Virus record (IMG/VR): IMGVR_UViG_3300045125_000080
From: an uncultured virus (IMG/VR IMGVR_UViG_3300045125_000080)
Taxonomy: Duplodnaviria; Heunggongvirae; Uroviricota; Caudoviricetes
Strand: one strand, 5' to 3'
DNA: 64,000 bases
Shown here: positions 39,682-52,435 of the stretch, in pieces
Numbering within the stretch: position 1 is the first letter of the stretch
Layout of the letters: each line of letters opens with the position of its first letter
Notes under the pieces: generated by a model
Databases searched by the model: none
What the model was told of the DNA's origin: nothing
Seen by the model: the letters and a program-made list of their open reading frames with translations, nothing else
Position numbers and translations under genes: made by a program

Positions 39682-40386
39682 TATTGACCTTGAAATTCTA
39701 TTTGATTTGCATAGTTATTTACAGCGTTAAAGTCCAAGTTAACTCCAATGATACGAAGCGCACGAACTATAATTTCTAAGATTGAAACAATATCCCAAAC
39801 AGGTTGCACACTTGTCGCTGCATTATATACAGGAACTCCGTTTCCATCAAGCGTGTATCCCCATATCATATCTGGTGGTTCAATGACATAAGAAATTCTT
39901 GCTTGCCCAATATTAAAAGGAGCAAACTGAAACCCGTTGTTTCGAATCATATAAACAGGCCAGCTCGCTATAGGATCAATCTTGCTGTTGTAGATTGAGT
40001 AAAAATAATGCTGCTGCACTTCTCTAATTCTCTCGTAGCCATACGCACTCCACATCGCATCGGTTTGAAGATAGTCTCCGTTGCTTGGTAATTGAGATGC
40101 AGCACTTGGATAAGGAGAGTAGCCGCTTCCGTCTACAGATAAAAATGCTTCGTAAATAATAGGGGGTAAGCCTCTGACGCAGGACAGAATTTTGTCCAAA
40201 CTCTACTCTTGCGACAGGGCGTCCCGGTTGATACTGCTGAAAGTTGCCTAGCAAATAAGATACATAGCTTTTTTGAGCTATGTTCATCGTATTATTAAAG
40301 TCTTGTGGTGAGACATAGCCTTGCTGAAGATTCTTCCCCGTTATGTAGAGGACTAAATTATATACATCATTTATATTGTAGGCCAT
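39681..40386 (-). CDS. head-tail adaptor / ring protein (frameshifted)
   Basis: MAYNINDVYNLVLYI...GYVSPQDFN...AQ plus ORF 39681..40199. Confidence 0.6.
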
Positions 40387-40404
40387 CTCTTTTTATTTAG
40401 TAAG

Positions 40405-40431
40405 GGGAAGATGCGGCTATCACATCTTCCC
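40405..40431. repeat. inverted motif pair GGGAAG-N15-CTTCCC (possible terminator or operator)
   Basis: GGGGAAGATG cggctatca CATCTTCCCC, just upstream of the 39681..40386 gene. Confidence 0.65.
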
Positions 40432-40443
40432 CCGACATTAAAA

Positions 40444-41333
40444 TTACGAAATTTGTTGCAGTCTTTCCTTGAATATTCTCCCTCTTCACTATTAGTCAGC
40501 GCAAGGTCAAGCAAATACTTTTCGGCATTTTCCGATTTAGAGTAAGAACCAATAAGTCCTCCTCCATTTGCCCAGTATACCCTTCCCGGCTCACGACCAA
40601 TTTCAATCTTCGCATCCAGTATAGCTCGCTTAATCAACCAAGCTAACTCCACTTCTTTTGACTCTACAGTCTTCTGGAAGTATTCTGGATATCTTTTCGC
40701 ATAAACAATATATTCCCTTCTAATTCCATCATCTGTTTTTGGCATCCCAAGATCATCTATGAGTCGAAGACCAAGGAAGGCTGCGTGCTTGCGCATCTTT
40801 TCAGCATCCATTCCTTTAGCGATAATCGCCATTTCAATTTCCATCTCCTCACGCTTCAGCGCATCTTCTTGCTCGCGTGCTGGATTATACTCATAGAACT
40901 CAAAGTGGCTTCCTGTCTTATTAGAAGGAGAACCAATATTATGTCTTGTGATACGCGCGAACTCAAGTGCAGTTGTATCCCACTCTGGAATCCGCAATAT
41001 CTTTGTTCCACGAACAAAACTTAAAGAACGGAGGTTGTTTCTTACGTATTCCGGTGTAACATCTTTCTGCTCCTTGAGCCAGATTGTGTCAACGCCAGAA
41101 AGAAGTCTTACCCGTTCCATTCTTTTTGTTTCTGGATTAATTACGTCATCAATTCCCGGAACGTGAACACCACCTTTTCTTGTATTACTTACGAGTTTAA
41201 AGATGTGATACTTTACTCCTTGGTTAACTGGAGTTTCAAGTACTGGTCTCTGAACTTCGTGTTTTTGACGGTGTTGAGGGACTGCCGGATTTTCCCCCTG
41301 CAAACTAAATTGTACGTCTGATAATTTTGCCAT
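40444..41333 (-). CDS. virion-associated protein downstream of the major capsid gene
   Basis: ~300-aa ORF (40371..41333, 3' end probably frameshifted). Confidence 0.6.
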
Positions 41334-41403
41334 TGTTTTGATTTTTAATTGTTATTTACCATTTAAGCTCAAAGGCCCCATTGTGGGCGGTTTTATTTAA
41401 ATA

Positions 41404-41429
41404 GGGAGGCAGGATTTCCCCCGCCTCCC
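41404..41429 (-). terminator. hairpin after the major capsid gene
   Basis: GGGAGGC-aggatttccccc-GCCTCCC stem, about 20 nt past the MCP stop, followed by an AT-rich tract. Confidence 0.6.
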
Positions 41430-41450
41430 AAGACCATTCTAAATTACTGA

Positions 41451-42887
41451 TTATGAAGCTTGTACAACAACAAACTGATTCGCTGCCGCTACACGGCTTC
41501 CGCGATACGTGATCATCTCCACGTTATCGTTCATTGTTCCAGTTGTTGGGGTTCTGAGAACCACCACCCCATTGCCATACACGGATTCCGTTACCAATAG
41601 TTCCACCTTTAGGAGGTTGTTGGTACATAATGGTAATGTTCTTATAAAGCTTGCTCGCATCTTTAGCATCGCGAGTTTCTCCTTGAGGACAAATCAATCC
41701 GAAGTTACGGAAGAAGTCTGTAGTTGGAGTTACGCCAGATATGAACTCGGTATTGAACGGACGGTACTTCTTAACCTTGAAGTGGTAGCCATCGATAGAG
41801 ATTGACTTACAACCGTAGTTGATAGCAGCCTCTTCAGACTTTTCGTTGTTACCCCAAACCCAAGCACCAGCAGGAAAGCGGCGAACAATCCATCAGAGAA
41901 GTTTTGGTTCTGATAGATGTCTTGCAACCACATATTCTCTGAAGTTGATCCGTTAACGTCCATAATACGAGTGATTTCGTGCAACTTAGCAATATCCAAG
42001 TTACCCGGAGTGTAACCTACTGTTTCGCCATCAGCAAGTACTTTAGGGATGATACCTTCAGAACCTACTGAAGTAGTAGTTGTTAATCCAGAGTTGTTTA
42101 CGATATTACCACGCATTAACTTCATTTCTACATCATCCTTGAAGCGGATGTTAGACTTTACAAGTCCTTTTAATGTAAATAAAGAAGTTCCAGCTTGCGC
42201 TCCACCTGCAGGAACGTCACCAGAGAAACCACCAGTATAGTATACTTCAGTCATCTCAGCAAGGTCAGTTGCAGAGAAAGTCTCACGCATCTCGGTAATG
42301 CTGTTAGTGTACTTCTCATCCAACTGAATCATTGGAGCGTTAGTAGAAGAAGCCTCACCAGCATCCATAATACCACCAAAGATTAAAACATCAGAAGCAA
42401 GGAAGCTTGCGCTACCAGCAGATGCTAAACTTTGAGTAGAGATTTTTGGACGAACTGTGAATGTGAAAGCAGAAGGAACTGTGCTGTTTACTGTAAGGAT
42501 TTCACCTTCTACGTTAGTAGAAGCAACACGTACAGTTTCACCTACGCGTAATGGAGACTGAGTTCCGCTGTTGTAGTGGAAACCAGCAGCCAAAGTTAAC
42601 GTGATAGTATTACCAGCAGTAGCAGCTACGTTAGCAGCAGCCTGTACACCAGTAATCAATTTACCACGGTTTTCAAACCAGAAGTAATCACGGTTTTTAA
42701 CTTCTTCCATTCCTGCGTAAGTAGACAACCACCAAGTGAAGTCTTCGCTACCATACTTTTCAACGTAGTTTTTGTAGTACTGAGGTGTCAATAGTTGAAG
42801 ATCGGACACCAATTGTCTCGTAACACCACCGGTTAAACTTATATTACCCGGCTGAAGGATGTTCGAGGTAGGGATTCCAAGAGCCAT
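41451..42887 (-). CDS. major capsid protein (one frameshift near 41880)
   Basis: ORFs 41730..42887 and 41451..41669, about 480 aa. Strongly biased codons, followed by a terminator, and placed after the portal and scaffold. Confidence 0.75.
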
Positions 42888-42924
42888 TTTTGTTAATTTT
42901 TAATTGTTCTGAAAATTGGTTTTT

Positions 42925-44158
42925 TTAGCCATTTTTCCAAATAAACTCGATTTGCTTTTCCCTATCTGACTTTTGCTCTGGACTGAAGGTTTGTTGGGGT
43001 GTCCGGGAAGATACGGTAACGTTACTTGTTTTTTTAATATGCTCGGCCAGCCTTTTTGCTGCCGCATCATTTACAAACTTTTGATTGATTCTTCCTTCAC
43101 TCTGAAGGAGCGCGAGGTCGCGCACAATCTGGCTTGTATTAAGTTCGTAACCACCTCTCCCATCTTCCTTTAACCACCTTTCAGCAAGTACTGCATTAGC
43201 GTCAAAGTTCGAATCAGCAAATCTTCCAATTGTGAAGCCACGACATTTCTCTCTTCGTCAGACACGGCATAAGATAGCGGTATTTCAACTTCCTCGTCTT
43301 TTACCGAAACCGAAAAACCATCAAACGATTTCAACGCTGACTCCACATTTCTCTTGAACCCGTCAATCATAGCCGCTTGAGCTTCCAATTCTTCTTGGGT
43401 TGGCCCTTGTGCCTGATTTGTGTGATTCAAATTGTATATCTGGTAAAACTAGCTCACTTTTAAATCTTTCTAATTCGGGCTTTGCAAGCTTTGCCTCAAT
43501 CATCAGCTCTGTCTCAACATCTCTTGCTTTGCTCTCCCAATTAGAAAGTCTGTCTTGATATTCCTCGTCTGTCTCGATATCTTTTTGTACGGGACGATTT
43601 GGGATACCAAATTGTTTATTAAACTTATAATCTATTTCTTCTCTTGTCAAGTCCTTATACTTCTGCGCCATATTCAGCTTAATGATTTCGGCGGCAGTTG
43701 CATTGTTAAGGTCTGTAGACGTAAGACGGTCTATTTTCTTTTGTTCTCTAAGAATGAGTATAAGTCATCTTCTTTTCCTTCTTGCAAGAGTTTGAAAAAC
43801 TTCGCACTCTGTTCGTTGGCAAATTCTATTTCTGACTGGGAAGATGCGGTTTCGCGTAGCTTACGCAGTTCTTCTATTTCTGCTTTTGCTGCGTCTGCGC
43901 TTTCCCAATTAAATTCTCTTTTAACCATTCATCTGCGTCTACTATTTCTTCTTCGTATTCTTGTGTGTCGGGGGAAGATGTGGTAGTCGCTTGTTCTGGT
44001 TGTTGTTCTGTTGTTTGTTCAGGCTGTGAAAGGTCAGGTCTTTGCTCCGACCAGCTGTTATCGGAGAAAGGATTAAATGTCTGTACATTTTCTTGTACAG
44101 ATTCTTGTACGTTTTCTTGTACTTCTGGTTGTTGTTGTGTGTTTGTTGTTTCTGACAT
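42925..44158 (-). CDS. acidic scaffold-like protein (frameshifted)
   Basis: Q/E-rich N-terminus, coiled fragments, directly upstream of the MCP. Confidence 0.55.
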
Positions 44159-44182
44159 AACGTCTATTTATATTAACAATTA

Positions 44183-44612
44183 GCTTAATGTTAAGCGGTA
44201 GATTGTCTTTGCGCCAAGTCCACTTAGGTCTTGCGCTTTATTTTCAATGCTACAAAAATGCTTTTCTCCGCCATACTCGTATAGCTCGTAAGCAAAGTCC
44301 ATAAGGTCTTTAACAAGCTTTACGGATGATTCGTGACCGCCATACTTAGGTACAGGGATTCTGGTAAGTCCTGCAAGGCGCTTTGCCGTCCATATAACCC
44401 ATTAGCTCTTCGGTAATGTCATCAGCAAATTCGTCAAGTGCTTCGTACAGCTTACCGAGCGCATCGTGTTCCCATCCACCTTTAGTTTGATGATGGAAGT
44501 CGTGTGCAGCATCGCGGAAGTAAAATAATCTGTCACGAATTTCTTCGGGTGTGAGGGAAGTCTTAGCCTTCATATCTTCCCCAGACATTCTAATTTTAGC
44601 TGTAATTGCCAT
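44183..44612 (-). CDS. ferritin/Dps-like four-helix protein (frameshifted)
   Basis: HDFHHQTKGGWEHDALGKLYEALDEFADDITEELMG resembles the Dps H-W...H...D...E pattern. Confidence 0.55.
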
Positions 44613-44613
44613 T

Positions 44614-44871
44614 TTATTTAGATTTTTTAATTCTTAATTTAACAGAAGCAATAGAATCTTTTTTTGCTTCATTTTTAGCTTTTTCTGCTATTTTAAGACG
44701 TTCAGAAGCTGTTGGAGTAGTTGTGCCCTTTAAATCAAGCAGTTTCACTTTATCACCTTTACCGGATTTAATAGCGGCATTAGCGATTTTTTCTTGTTGA
44801 TTAGCAAAAGCCATCTTCTTTCTATACTCATTCATTAATGAATCAGCGACTGGTTTTTTATCGTCTTTCAT
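44614..44871 (-). CDS. small basic protein
   Basis: Intact Lys-rich 85-aa ORF. Confidence 0.5.
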   Translation of the reverse strand: MKDDKKPVADSLMNEYRKKMAFANQQEKIANAAIKSGKGDKVKLLDLKGTTTPTASERLKIAEKAKNEAKKDSIASVKLRIKKSK

Positions 44872-45470
44872 TTATTTCTTTTTAGTTTTTAACTTAATCT
44901 TTTTTCTTGCTTGAGCATCGCTTGAGTGGGAACTTCTGGTTTAGCGCCTGCCCGCTTATTCTCTTCCGCCTTTCTTCTCAAATTATCCCAAAGTCCCCTT
45001 TGGGAATAGCTTCCGTCAGCTCTTTTAATCATCTCTTTCATTTCTTACCTGTTAAAACGTTTTTCTTAAATAAGGCACGCTTCTTTGCAAGAGGGCCAAG
45101 CTCACCTTTTTCAGCGGCTTTCATTTTACCAGCAGGAATCTTTCTCATCCTTTTTAACGCCAAGCTGAGCGCGTAATGCACCTGCCTTAAACTGGATTGG
45201 CTTTTGGCCTTTCTTTTTTACTTTAAGCTTTACCCGTTTCATTTTTATATGGATTTTCTTTATGCCATTTTTAGTAGCCGCTACACCTTCTTTTACCGTC
45301 TTTGCTCCTGACTTTTCAGTAAGATCAATCGTGTCCCATTTCCCTTTGTCGGTAGTTGGATGATTGACCATAATATGACCTTTCACCCCTTTACCAATTC
45401 CGGTAGGACTTGTTTTTTTATAAACAACGTGGTTCTCACCACCTGACTTAAATCTTACTTTAACCTTCAT
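44872..45470 (-). CDS. two or three small Lys-rich proteins (fused or frameshifted in the ORF track)
   Basis: MKVKVRFKSGGENHVVY... and MKRVKLKVKKKGQKPIQFKAGALRAQLGV... Confidence 0.45.
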
Positions 45471-45823
45471 TAACAGATTTTGTAAAGTCTTACTAATACT
45501 TTTGTTGCGCTTACAGAAGTCCCTGAAAGTTTCAGATAGCGTCCGTAATAAGAAAAACGAACAAGACCTGAAGCGCCCAAAGATGTTACGCCTGATCCGC
45601 TAGCCAGATTTGTCCCTTGTAAAGTTACAAAATTTGTAGAAGAAACGGCTGAACCATCAGACACGCTCTGAATATCACCAGAATCGTTTGAGTGTTCGAA
45701 GTTTACTGTTCCACTTGGGCTAACAAGTTGCACTACTGTATAGTCAAAACCGCCTGTATCAAGCTTAACGGCTGAGTTAGCATTGAAATCTGCGGTTACA
45801 TCTAATACTATTTGTACTGACAT
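45470..45823 (-). CDS. putative virion structural/decoration protein
   Basis: Intact 117-aa Ser/Gly/Val-rich beta protein. Confidence 0.55.
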   Translation of the reverse strand: MSVQIVLDVTADFNANSAVKLDTGGFDYTVVQLVSPSGTVNFEHSNDSGDIQSVSDGSAVSSTNFVTLQGTNLASGSGVTSLGASGLVRFSYYGRYLKLSGTSVSATKVLVRLYKIC

Positions 45824-45828
45824 ATTTT

Positions 45829-46107
45829 TATTTTTAGATTGTTACAATTACTGTTTGGCTTGCGGCAAGATAGCCGGGCGTAGAAGCAAAAGTCTTATCA
45901 GGCTGAATTGGAGCTACTTCAAAAGTTGTTCCATAGCTATCTACGCGAGATACGGTTCCGTATACAGCAAGACCAGAAATTTGACAAGTATTGGCCTACT
46001 TGCAAAGAAGCGAGGTTGCTTTGTTGAGCCGAGCTTAAAGTCACAATAACATCTTCCCCTCTTAGGGCTTGAGATGCTACTTGGTTAGTGAGAGATAATG
46101 TTGGCAT
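45829..46107 (-). CDS. small putative structural protein (frameshifted)
   Basis: - strand reading NQVASQALRGEDVIVTLSSAQQ...FEVAPIQPDKTF. Confidence 0.45.
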
Positions 46108-48568
46108 ATTTTATTTTTTTATTGTTGTTCGGGAAGTTGTGGTTGTTGCTCTTCGGGCATTTCTTCGGAGGCATTTGTCCTTCTTGTGGCACTTGTTCCC
46201 CCGCACCCTGCATCATAGCTTGTTGCTGTGCTGCTTGCATTTGGGCTGCAATAGCTTGTCTTTGTTCATCTGTAGATACTACAGCAGCAAGACCTACGTT
46301 TTCCATTACAGCACTAATAAGAGGCTTAATTTCGGCTGGAATAGGTATACCTGTTTCCATAGACTTCAAGTATGCCTGTGTTGCCATTTGTAAAACAGCG
46401 GTTCTATTTTGAGCTTCTGCAGTCATTTGAGCGCGCTTGATATCCATTAATCCTTCTTGCTCCTTGGTAGCTCTTTTTTCTTGTTCCGCAACCTGAGCAG
46501 ATTGGATTTGACCTTGGATAGTAGCCTTCTGATTTTGAGCAGCAGTTGTCTGATTATAAATAATCATCTTCTTTTGCGCTCTTCTAAATAACGCTTCTGC
46601 AAGCTTTACATCTTCTTTCGCTACACGCATTAATTGGAAAGGATCTACAAATAGTACAAGGTCTGGGGAAGTCGCGAGAGACTGTTGAAGCATCGCATCA
46701 AATCTTGATAACTCGTACTGGTCAGGAAGCATCTGGATTCTTGCATTAAAGATACGACCAGCAATATCATCGATGATTTTAAGATATTTCTATAAACACT
46801 TGCTCCGTACGTTACAGATGTCTTTAAGAAGACAAGATACCTTTTTAGCGGTATCTGCCATACAAGCTGTATAAGCGCTATAAAAATAATCGGTAGCGTT
46901 TTGTGCTACCTGCTCTGCGGTATTAATATTAGATACAGCAACGCGGGGCTGGATAGCTGCCGCAATGAGGTTCGGATCTTCCCCTAACTCATCCTTTAAA
47001 ATCTGGTAATGCTTATCGTAAAGTAAAATCAAGCCCTGAAGCTGGGACAAAAAGCCAGAATTTGATAATTCTGTGATCGGTACAGGAACAGGATTCCCTT
47101 CGGCGTCACGTCCACGATAATAAATGTCTCCAGTTTGATCGTATAATTTTTTGACATCTATTCCTTTATTAGCGTCTCCAAGACCGAAGTCTATATTTTG
47201 TAAGGGCATCCCAGTTTACTGCGGAACCCGTTGGACGCATCTTTGCCACTAATTGCTGCATCTTAAGACGAGCAATAATCATTTGGTCTACTGGTTCTTG
47301 AATTTTTCTGGTACTGCGAGGGAAGTCATATCATAGTTCTGTACCATATAAAATGTATACGAGAACTCTGCGTTTCCGATTTCCTTTGGATCTTGAGGGC
47401 GAATCATATTTTTCTTAATCCCCCACTCAAGCATTGTATTTGTAGGACGACAAAAAACGCCACGATAAATATTCCATTTAGTATCAGCAACAATCTCTTC
47501 GTTTTCTCCAAGCTTTTCAGGCTTTCCTCTCTTAACGATTGTTGACTTATTTTTCTTTGTTGTAACAACTGTATACGGATCGCTATCTACTGTCTTTAAT
47601 TCAAATTCTAAAACGTCAATATTCCATTCATCATAAGGACGAAGGAAAGTTACATTCCATTCTGTAAGCCAAGTAATATTATCGTAAAGTTGAAACTCTT
47701 TGGAAAACTGAGCCATCTTCCATAATTCCTCTTCGCTAATCTTTCCTCCAAATTCTACTCCGTATTTTCTACGAAGCTCACTAATCTTATAAGTGCGAAT
47801 AACACCACGCCAAGTAGTATCTCTAAAGTCAGGATAGTTGGAATAAGAATAAAAACAGTTTTCTGGCTTCAGCCACTCTACGTGAATCACTCCGTTATCA
47901 TCCATCCAAGTATACGTTGCCACAAACCCTGTTTCGGCAGAATCGTGTAACATCTTTTCTTTTAGAACATCGAACCATCCGTTAGCAGCAAGAACATCAT
48001 TACAGCCAAGTTCATACTGAATTTCTTCAGGAAGACGCTGAAATTGTGACTGCCAAAGTTTTAATTCTTCTTTATCTTCTGGAAGCTCTTGATTCTGTGG
48101 AAGAATCTGAACGCCTGATTCTGCTTGAAGTGTTTCAAGTAGTTGTCTATTCTCTAAGATAAATTCAAGATTTTCAAACTCTTCTTGTTTTTGTTTTGTG
48201 CTGAGGGAATCTGTGGCTGTCACTTTAATCTTTTCTCCGCGCTGCATCCAGCGACCAACAAGACCAGAGACAATTCTATTAACGATATTAATGGATTGCC
48301 AGTTAATATTTAAATAATTAACTTTTCCATTAAATTCAAGAAGGTCTTGAAACTTACTCATTGGAACACGACCATTTGCATAACCGCGATTTGTTCTCCA
48401 ACGAGCATTTCGAACCCAGAAATAACTTGATATACCTCCGGTAACTAGTTCCGTTGATATATTGAGCTAATTGTTTTCCGTATGACCAATCAGACTTTTC
48501 TTTGATACTTAACTTATCAAGTTGAAACGTCTTTAATGGTTGAGCAGAGTAATCCTGCATTGTTGCAT
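46085..48568 (-). CDS. portal protein (frameshifted)
   Basis: About 800 aa across four ORFs, directly after the terminase, with a Gln/Pro-rich C-terminus. Confidence 0.75.
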
Positions 48569-48616
48569 TTTTATCTACAACAAATATACTTAATTTTTCA
48601 CAAATTTTTTATCTTG

Positions 48617-50688
48617 CTAATACCCCGCTATTTGGGTAAATTTTACGAGCGGTGTTTGGGGAGGAGCTGGCTTATAAATTGGTTCAAGACCGCCAACAAG
48701 AGCAATCATAGCGCTTACACTTCGGTCAAATGCAGTACGCTTATTGGGATCAAAATTCTTGAGGTCTTCAAGCAGGTCGATGAAATATATCTTTTCCGAG
48801 TAATGCTCGATATAGCTAATCATTGTATCGTTCTGTTTGGTCATAGCAAAGTCGGTGACGGGGAATCCGTAATGCCTTTCTACATCCTTTTTCTCTTGGT
48901 TGGATCTATTGCGTTGAGGGGAAAACGTGCCAGATAGCCAAGCTTACCCCTATTCTTAAAATAGGTGTAGTAATCGTCTGATACAAACTCGTAATATACC
49001 TGATAACCAAGGTATTCTGCGGCAAGCATTATCTGGTTATGCAAGTCCTCTTTCTCGCTTGGCCGCCCGTAAAGATGCCCTGTAAATAGGCCCGTATTTT
49101 CCGGATCACGGATATCGTACTTTACAAAAACCCAAGCCGAAGCCTTTGAGCCGTATCTTTTACCGCCTTGCGAGTTAGAGTATCCGTCCACCCCAATTAC
49201 TCCAATATCTGTTCTAGATGGCTTTTTTAATCCCGTGTCGTAGTAGTGCTTATTTGTTTCCCCTTTAAGGTTTAGGTCGCCTACAAACTGCCAGCAAAAT
49301 GACTCTTCATTACTGCTTATATCTCGCCACCTAACGAGCTGCGTCATCTCGTCTCTGTAGAAGAGAACCTTTCTTTTATAGACGTCCTGCTCTTTTAATC
49401 TTTCTATCTGGTCGTTAATCTTAACCACGTTGAAGATGCAGTCAGCGTTTGCCGACATAAAGGCTTCAACCTCCGTACAGGGGTTCATACGGATTTCTTC
49501 CTCTAAGTCATCACCAGTTCTTCCCTCACGCCTTTTTAATATATATGCCTTTGCACCAAGTTCAATGTCTTCTTCGCTAATCTCCGATATGGTGTTTCCT
49601 TCTTCGTCTTTTACTACCCACTTATCTATAAGGTATTGCTTTTGTTCGGGTGTCGGGGAAGATGTGACGCTAAACCCATACTTATCAATAAAACCCTCAT
49701 ACCCGTCATAGGCAGGAGCAAAATACCTTACGAGGCGGTTTATCGTTGGGGTTCTTTTATTGAGATCCGCGTTTTCCCACAACAACTTAAACTCAGCACC
49801 TCCCTTAGTCATCTTATTACAAGTAGAAGGCATTTCCACAAAACCGACTCTCTTAACACCCTTTACAAGCGTCTTGGATATAATCGCAAATAGCTGAGAA
49901 GCTTGAACCTCCTTTTCTAATTTACCAAACTCATCCAATAGTAACCTACTCATACGACCTCGGTCATAGGCGTTTAGAACAGGAGCGCGGTAGTTGATTT
50001 TAGACCTATTACCTTCATCCTCTTTTTGACCAGCCGCACTACCTTCTTTTACGCTTGCCGCCTTTTGAGCAAAGACAAGTTCTGTTACAGTATCCTCTCT
50101 ATTTAACTGCTTGGGCTTTAGGAAAGCTGGAAGCTGTCTATAACCATAGGCGACCATCTCCGTAAAAGTAGAACGCCCATCCTCGTTAGACTTAGATACA
50201 AGACCGCAGTTAGAATTTTTAAAGAATATTGCCTCGTAGACAAGGTTTGATGTTGCTTGGGAAGACGCACCCTCACGGCGCTTTTTACTTCTTATGATTC
50301 CCAAACTCCACGACACATTTTCCCAATGCTCCAAGAAAGTAAAATATCTCCTATCGGTATCTCGATATTCTGGACGTGAGCCATCCTCTAGCGTCCACCA
50401 TTGAAGATAGAAGTAATACTTCTTGGTAATGTAATAAGGGTTGCCATTTATGTAAATCCAGAGACCTTTCTTACATCTTTGAAGTTCTCTAATTGCGAAC
50501 TCCTCTTGTTCTTCTGTAAGTATTAAATCTCCAGCCTTTGTATATTGAACCTTATCAAAAAATTCGGGCAGTTCTTCCCGAACCCACATCTGTTCTTCTT
50601 TTGGTTTATTCCAATTAAGAATTTGTTTATGCGGGGGAAGTTCTGGTAGCCTACAATTTGTCCCGTATATTATTTCGGTATTGGGCAT
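48617..50688 (-). CDS. terL: terminase large subunit (frameshift near 48880)
   Basis: Walker A-like KKRREGAS, Walker B LLLDEFGK, motif III PST, RNase H GVDGY, C-terminal FDRSVS. Confidence 0.85.
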
Positions 50689-50828
50689 ATTATTTCTTAC
50701 CGCCTTGTCCTCTACTTATCACAGACCTTTTATCGCGCTTGTTTCTAGACTTCTGCGCTTTGCCTCCTTTTGTCTTAAAGAAGACAACTTTTCTTGCGTC
50801 TGACGCTCCTTTTGATTTTGCCATTTAC

Positions 50829-51092
50829 TTATATTTTGTCGGGGGAAGATGTGGCATCCGCTCCGTATGTTTCGTTGTAATATTGCTCTGCTTGATCATT
50901 TGTCCATTGAGTATGCTTGTAATCATCAAATACTCTTTGCCCTTCTATATGAGCATCAATTATTTGCGTTTCTTCTATTATTTTGGCTTTTTCTATTTTA
51001 TCCTTATACATTTTTCTTAAATGTTCTGAATCAAATGAAATTAACCCAAGTAAATGTATCTCTAACCACTCAACCGCTGTACGTTGTTTCAT
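50829..51092 (-). CDS. hypothetical protein (TAVEWL type)
   Basis: Intact 87-aa ORF. Confidence 0.55.
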   Translation of the reverse strand: MKQRTAVEWLEIHLLGLISFDSEHLRKMYKDKIEKAKIIEETQIIDAHIEGQRVFDDYKHTQWTNDQAEQYYNETYGADATSSPDKI

Positions 51093-51094
51093 AG

Positions 51095-51420
51095 TTAATC
51101 TCTTATATCTGCAATCCTATCTAAGAATGGTTTTTCTCTTCTTTCTTTGTTCCGGGTATGCTTTCGCTCAATGACCTTATAGAGTCACTAACTGCGCTAC
51201 TCTTTTCAAGAATCTTAAAGATACGCTCAAAGCTTTTATCTTTTGCATCATCAATGTTTACATTCTTTAGGTTAACACTATTAAGAAGGTCGGCCATTTC
51301 ATTAGCTTTACGCTGTAGGCTAAAATATAGCTTACCAACTCCGCTTTCTCTATACCCTTCTAATTCTTTTTCAAGTTCTGCAATTCTGTTCTCAAGAATT
51401 TTCTTTGCGGCATCTGTCAT
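51095..51420 (-). CDS. coiled-coil protein, candidate terminase small subunit
   Basis: Helical 99-aa ORF near terL. Assignment is positional only. Confidence 0.35.
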
Positions 51421-52076
51421 ACAATAGTTTTTGCGTTTAAGGGAGTAAGTCCGACAAGTAGTTTGCCTTCGTTAACTAAATCTGTTAAGTATCCGTCTAT
51501 GGCTATTACTTCTTCCCTTTCATTGTCTTCGTCTGGGAAGTGTCGAAACCTGATTAATCTTTCTTCTCTCCCTTGTAAGCCTTGAAACACTATTTCGTAG
51601 TCACAGGCTTTTAATGTTCTTACTACATTCCCTTTCATACTTCCTGTTGTTACATATAATACATCAGGAACAAGCTTGGGTTCAATACCTTCAAGCATAC
51701 CCTCATAAGGTCTATAAACGCGAAGCCCAAACTCAAAATTCTTTAATGGCTTCCATTCTTCGCCATCAAGCCAAGCGAAACATTGCTCAATAGGGCAAGA
51801 ATAAATTTTGATATCACTTCCCTCAACACTACCAGAAAGAGGCTTATAGTTTAAAACTTTATAACTTTCGTGTATGATATTAGGATGGATAAGAATCTCT
51901 GCTCCATCTTTAATACCTTCTCCGTCAATTACAATAGCATTAACAGGTTGCGTTTCTCTTCTGTTAAGGTTATTCCAATCCCTTTCTAATCTAATGGTAG
52001 TGCCATCCTCAAAGGTGTGGCTATTCTTTTTTTCGTGATCTACACTAATAATAACTCTGCCTTCTACAGCTCTCAT
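51417..52076 (-). CDS. GroES-like extended protein
   Basis: MRAVEGRVIISVD...GTTIRL...AIVI...IKDGAEILIHPN resembles a GroES fold; 219 aa. Confidence 0.5.
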   Translation of the reverse strand: MRAVEGRVIISVDHEKKNSHTFEDGTTIRLERDWNNLNRRETQPVNAIVIDGEGIKDGAEILIHPNIIHESYKVLNYKPLSGSVEGSDIKIYSCPIEQCFAWLDGEEWKPLKNFEFGLRVYRPYEGMLEGIEPKLVPDVLYVTTGSMKGNVVRTLKACDYEIVFQGLQGREERLIRFRHFPDEDNEREEVIAIDGYLTDLVNEGKLLVGLTPLNAKTIV

Positions 52077-52435
52077 AGTGTTTGTTTGTGTGTGTTCCGT
52101 AAAAATTACTTCTTCTTATATCTCATCATTGGCATATTCTTTTGATACGCTCAACGATATCTTCTGACCTCTTATTTTCAACAACTTCTTTAATTCTTTT
52201 GTCTTCAGCAGGTGTTGTTTTTCTTGGCTTTGTTCCGTAAAAATCTTCTTTCTCAAGAGCCTCAATCATTGCGCTTTCTCTTTGTTTATCTGTTAAAGGC
52301 TTTTCTGTTTTCTTTATAACGACAACCTTTTTTACTTGTACAGGAGCTTTCTTTTGCCATAGAAATCTTCTTTCTTTAAGGCTTCTACCATACCTTTCTC
52401 AAGGTCTTTATCTTGCTTTGTAACTCTATCCGGTC

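Noticed and set aside
32704..50688. Stop-codon reassignment as in some crAss-like phages
   Set aside because: The breaks I inspected (HNH C-terminus, primase Zn finger, MCP) are repaired by a frame change, not by read-through. A 602-aa terminase stretch is open in the standard code.
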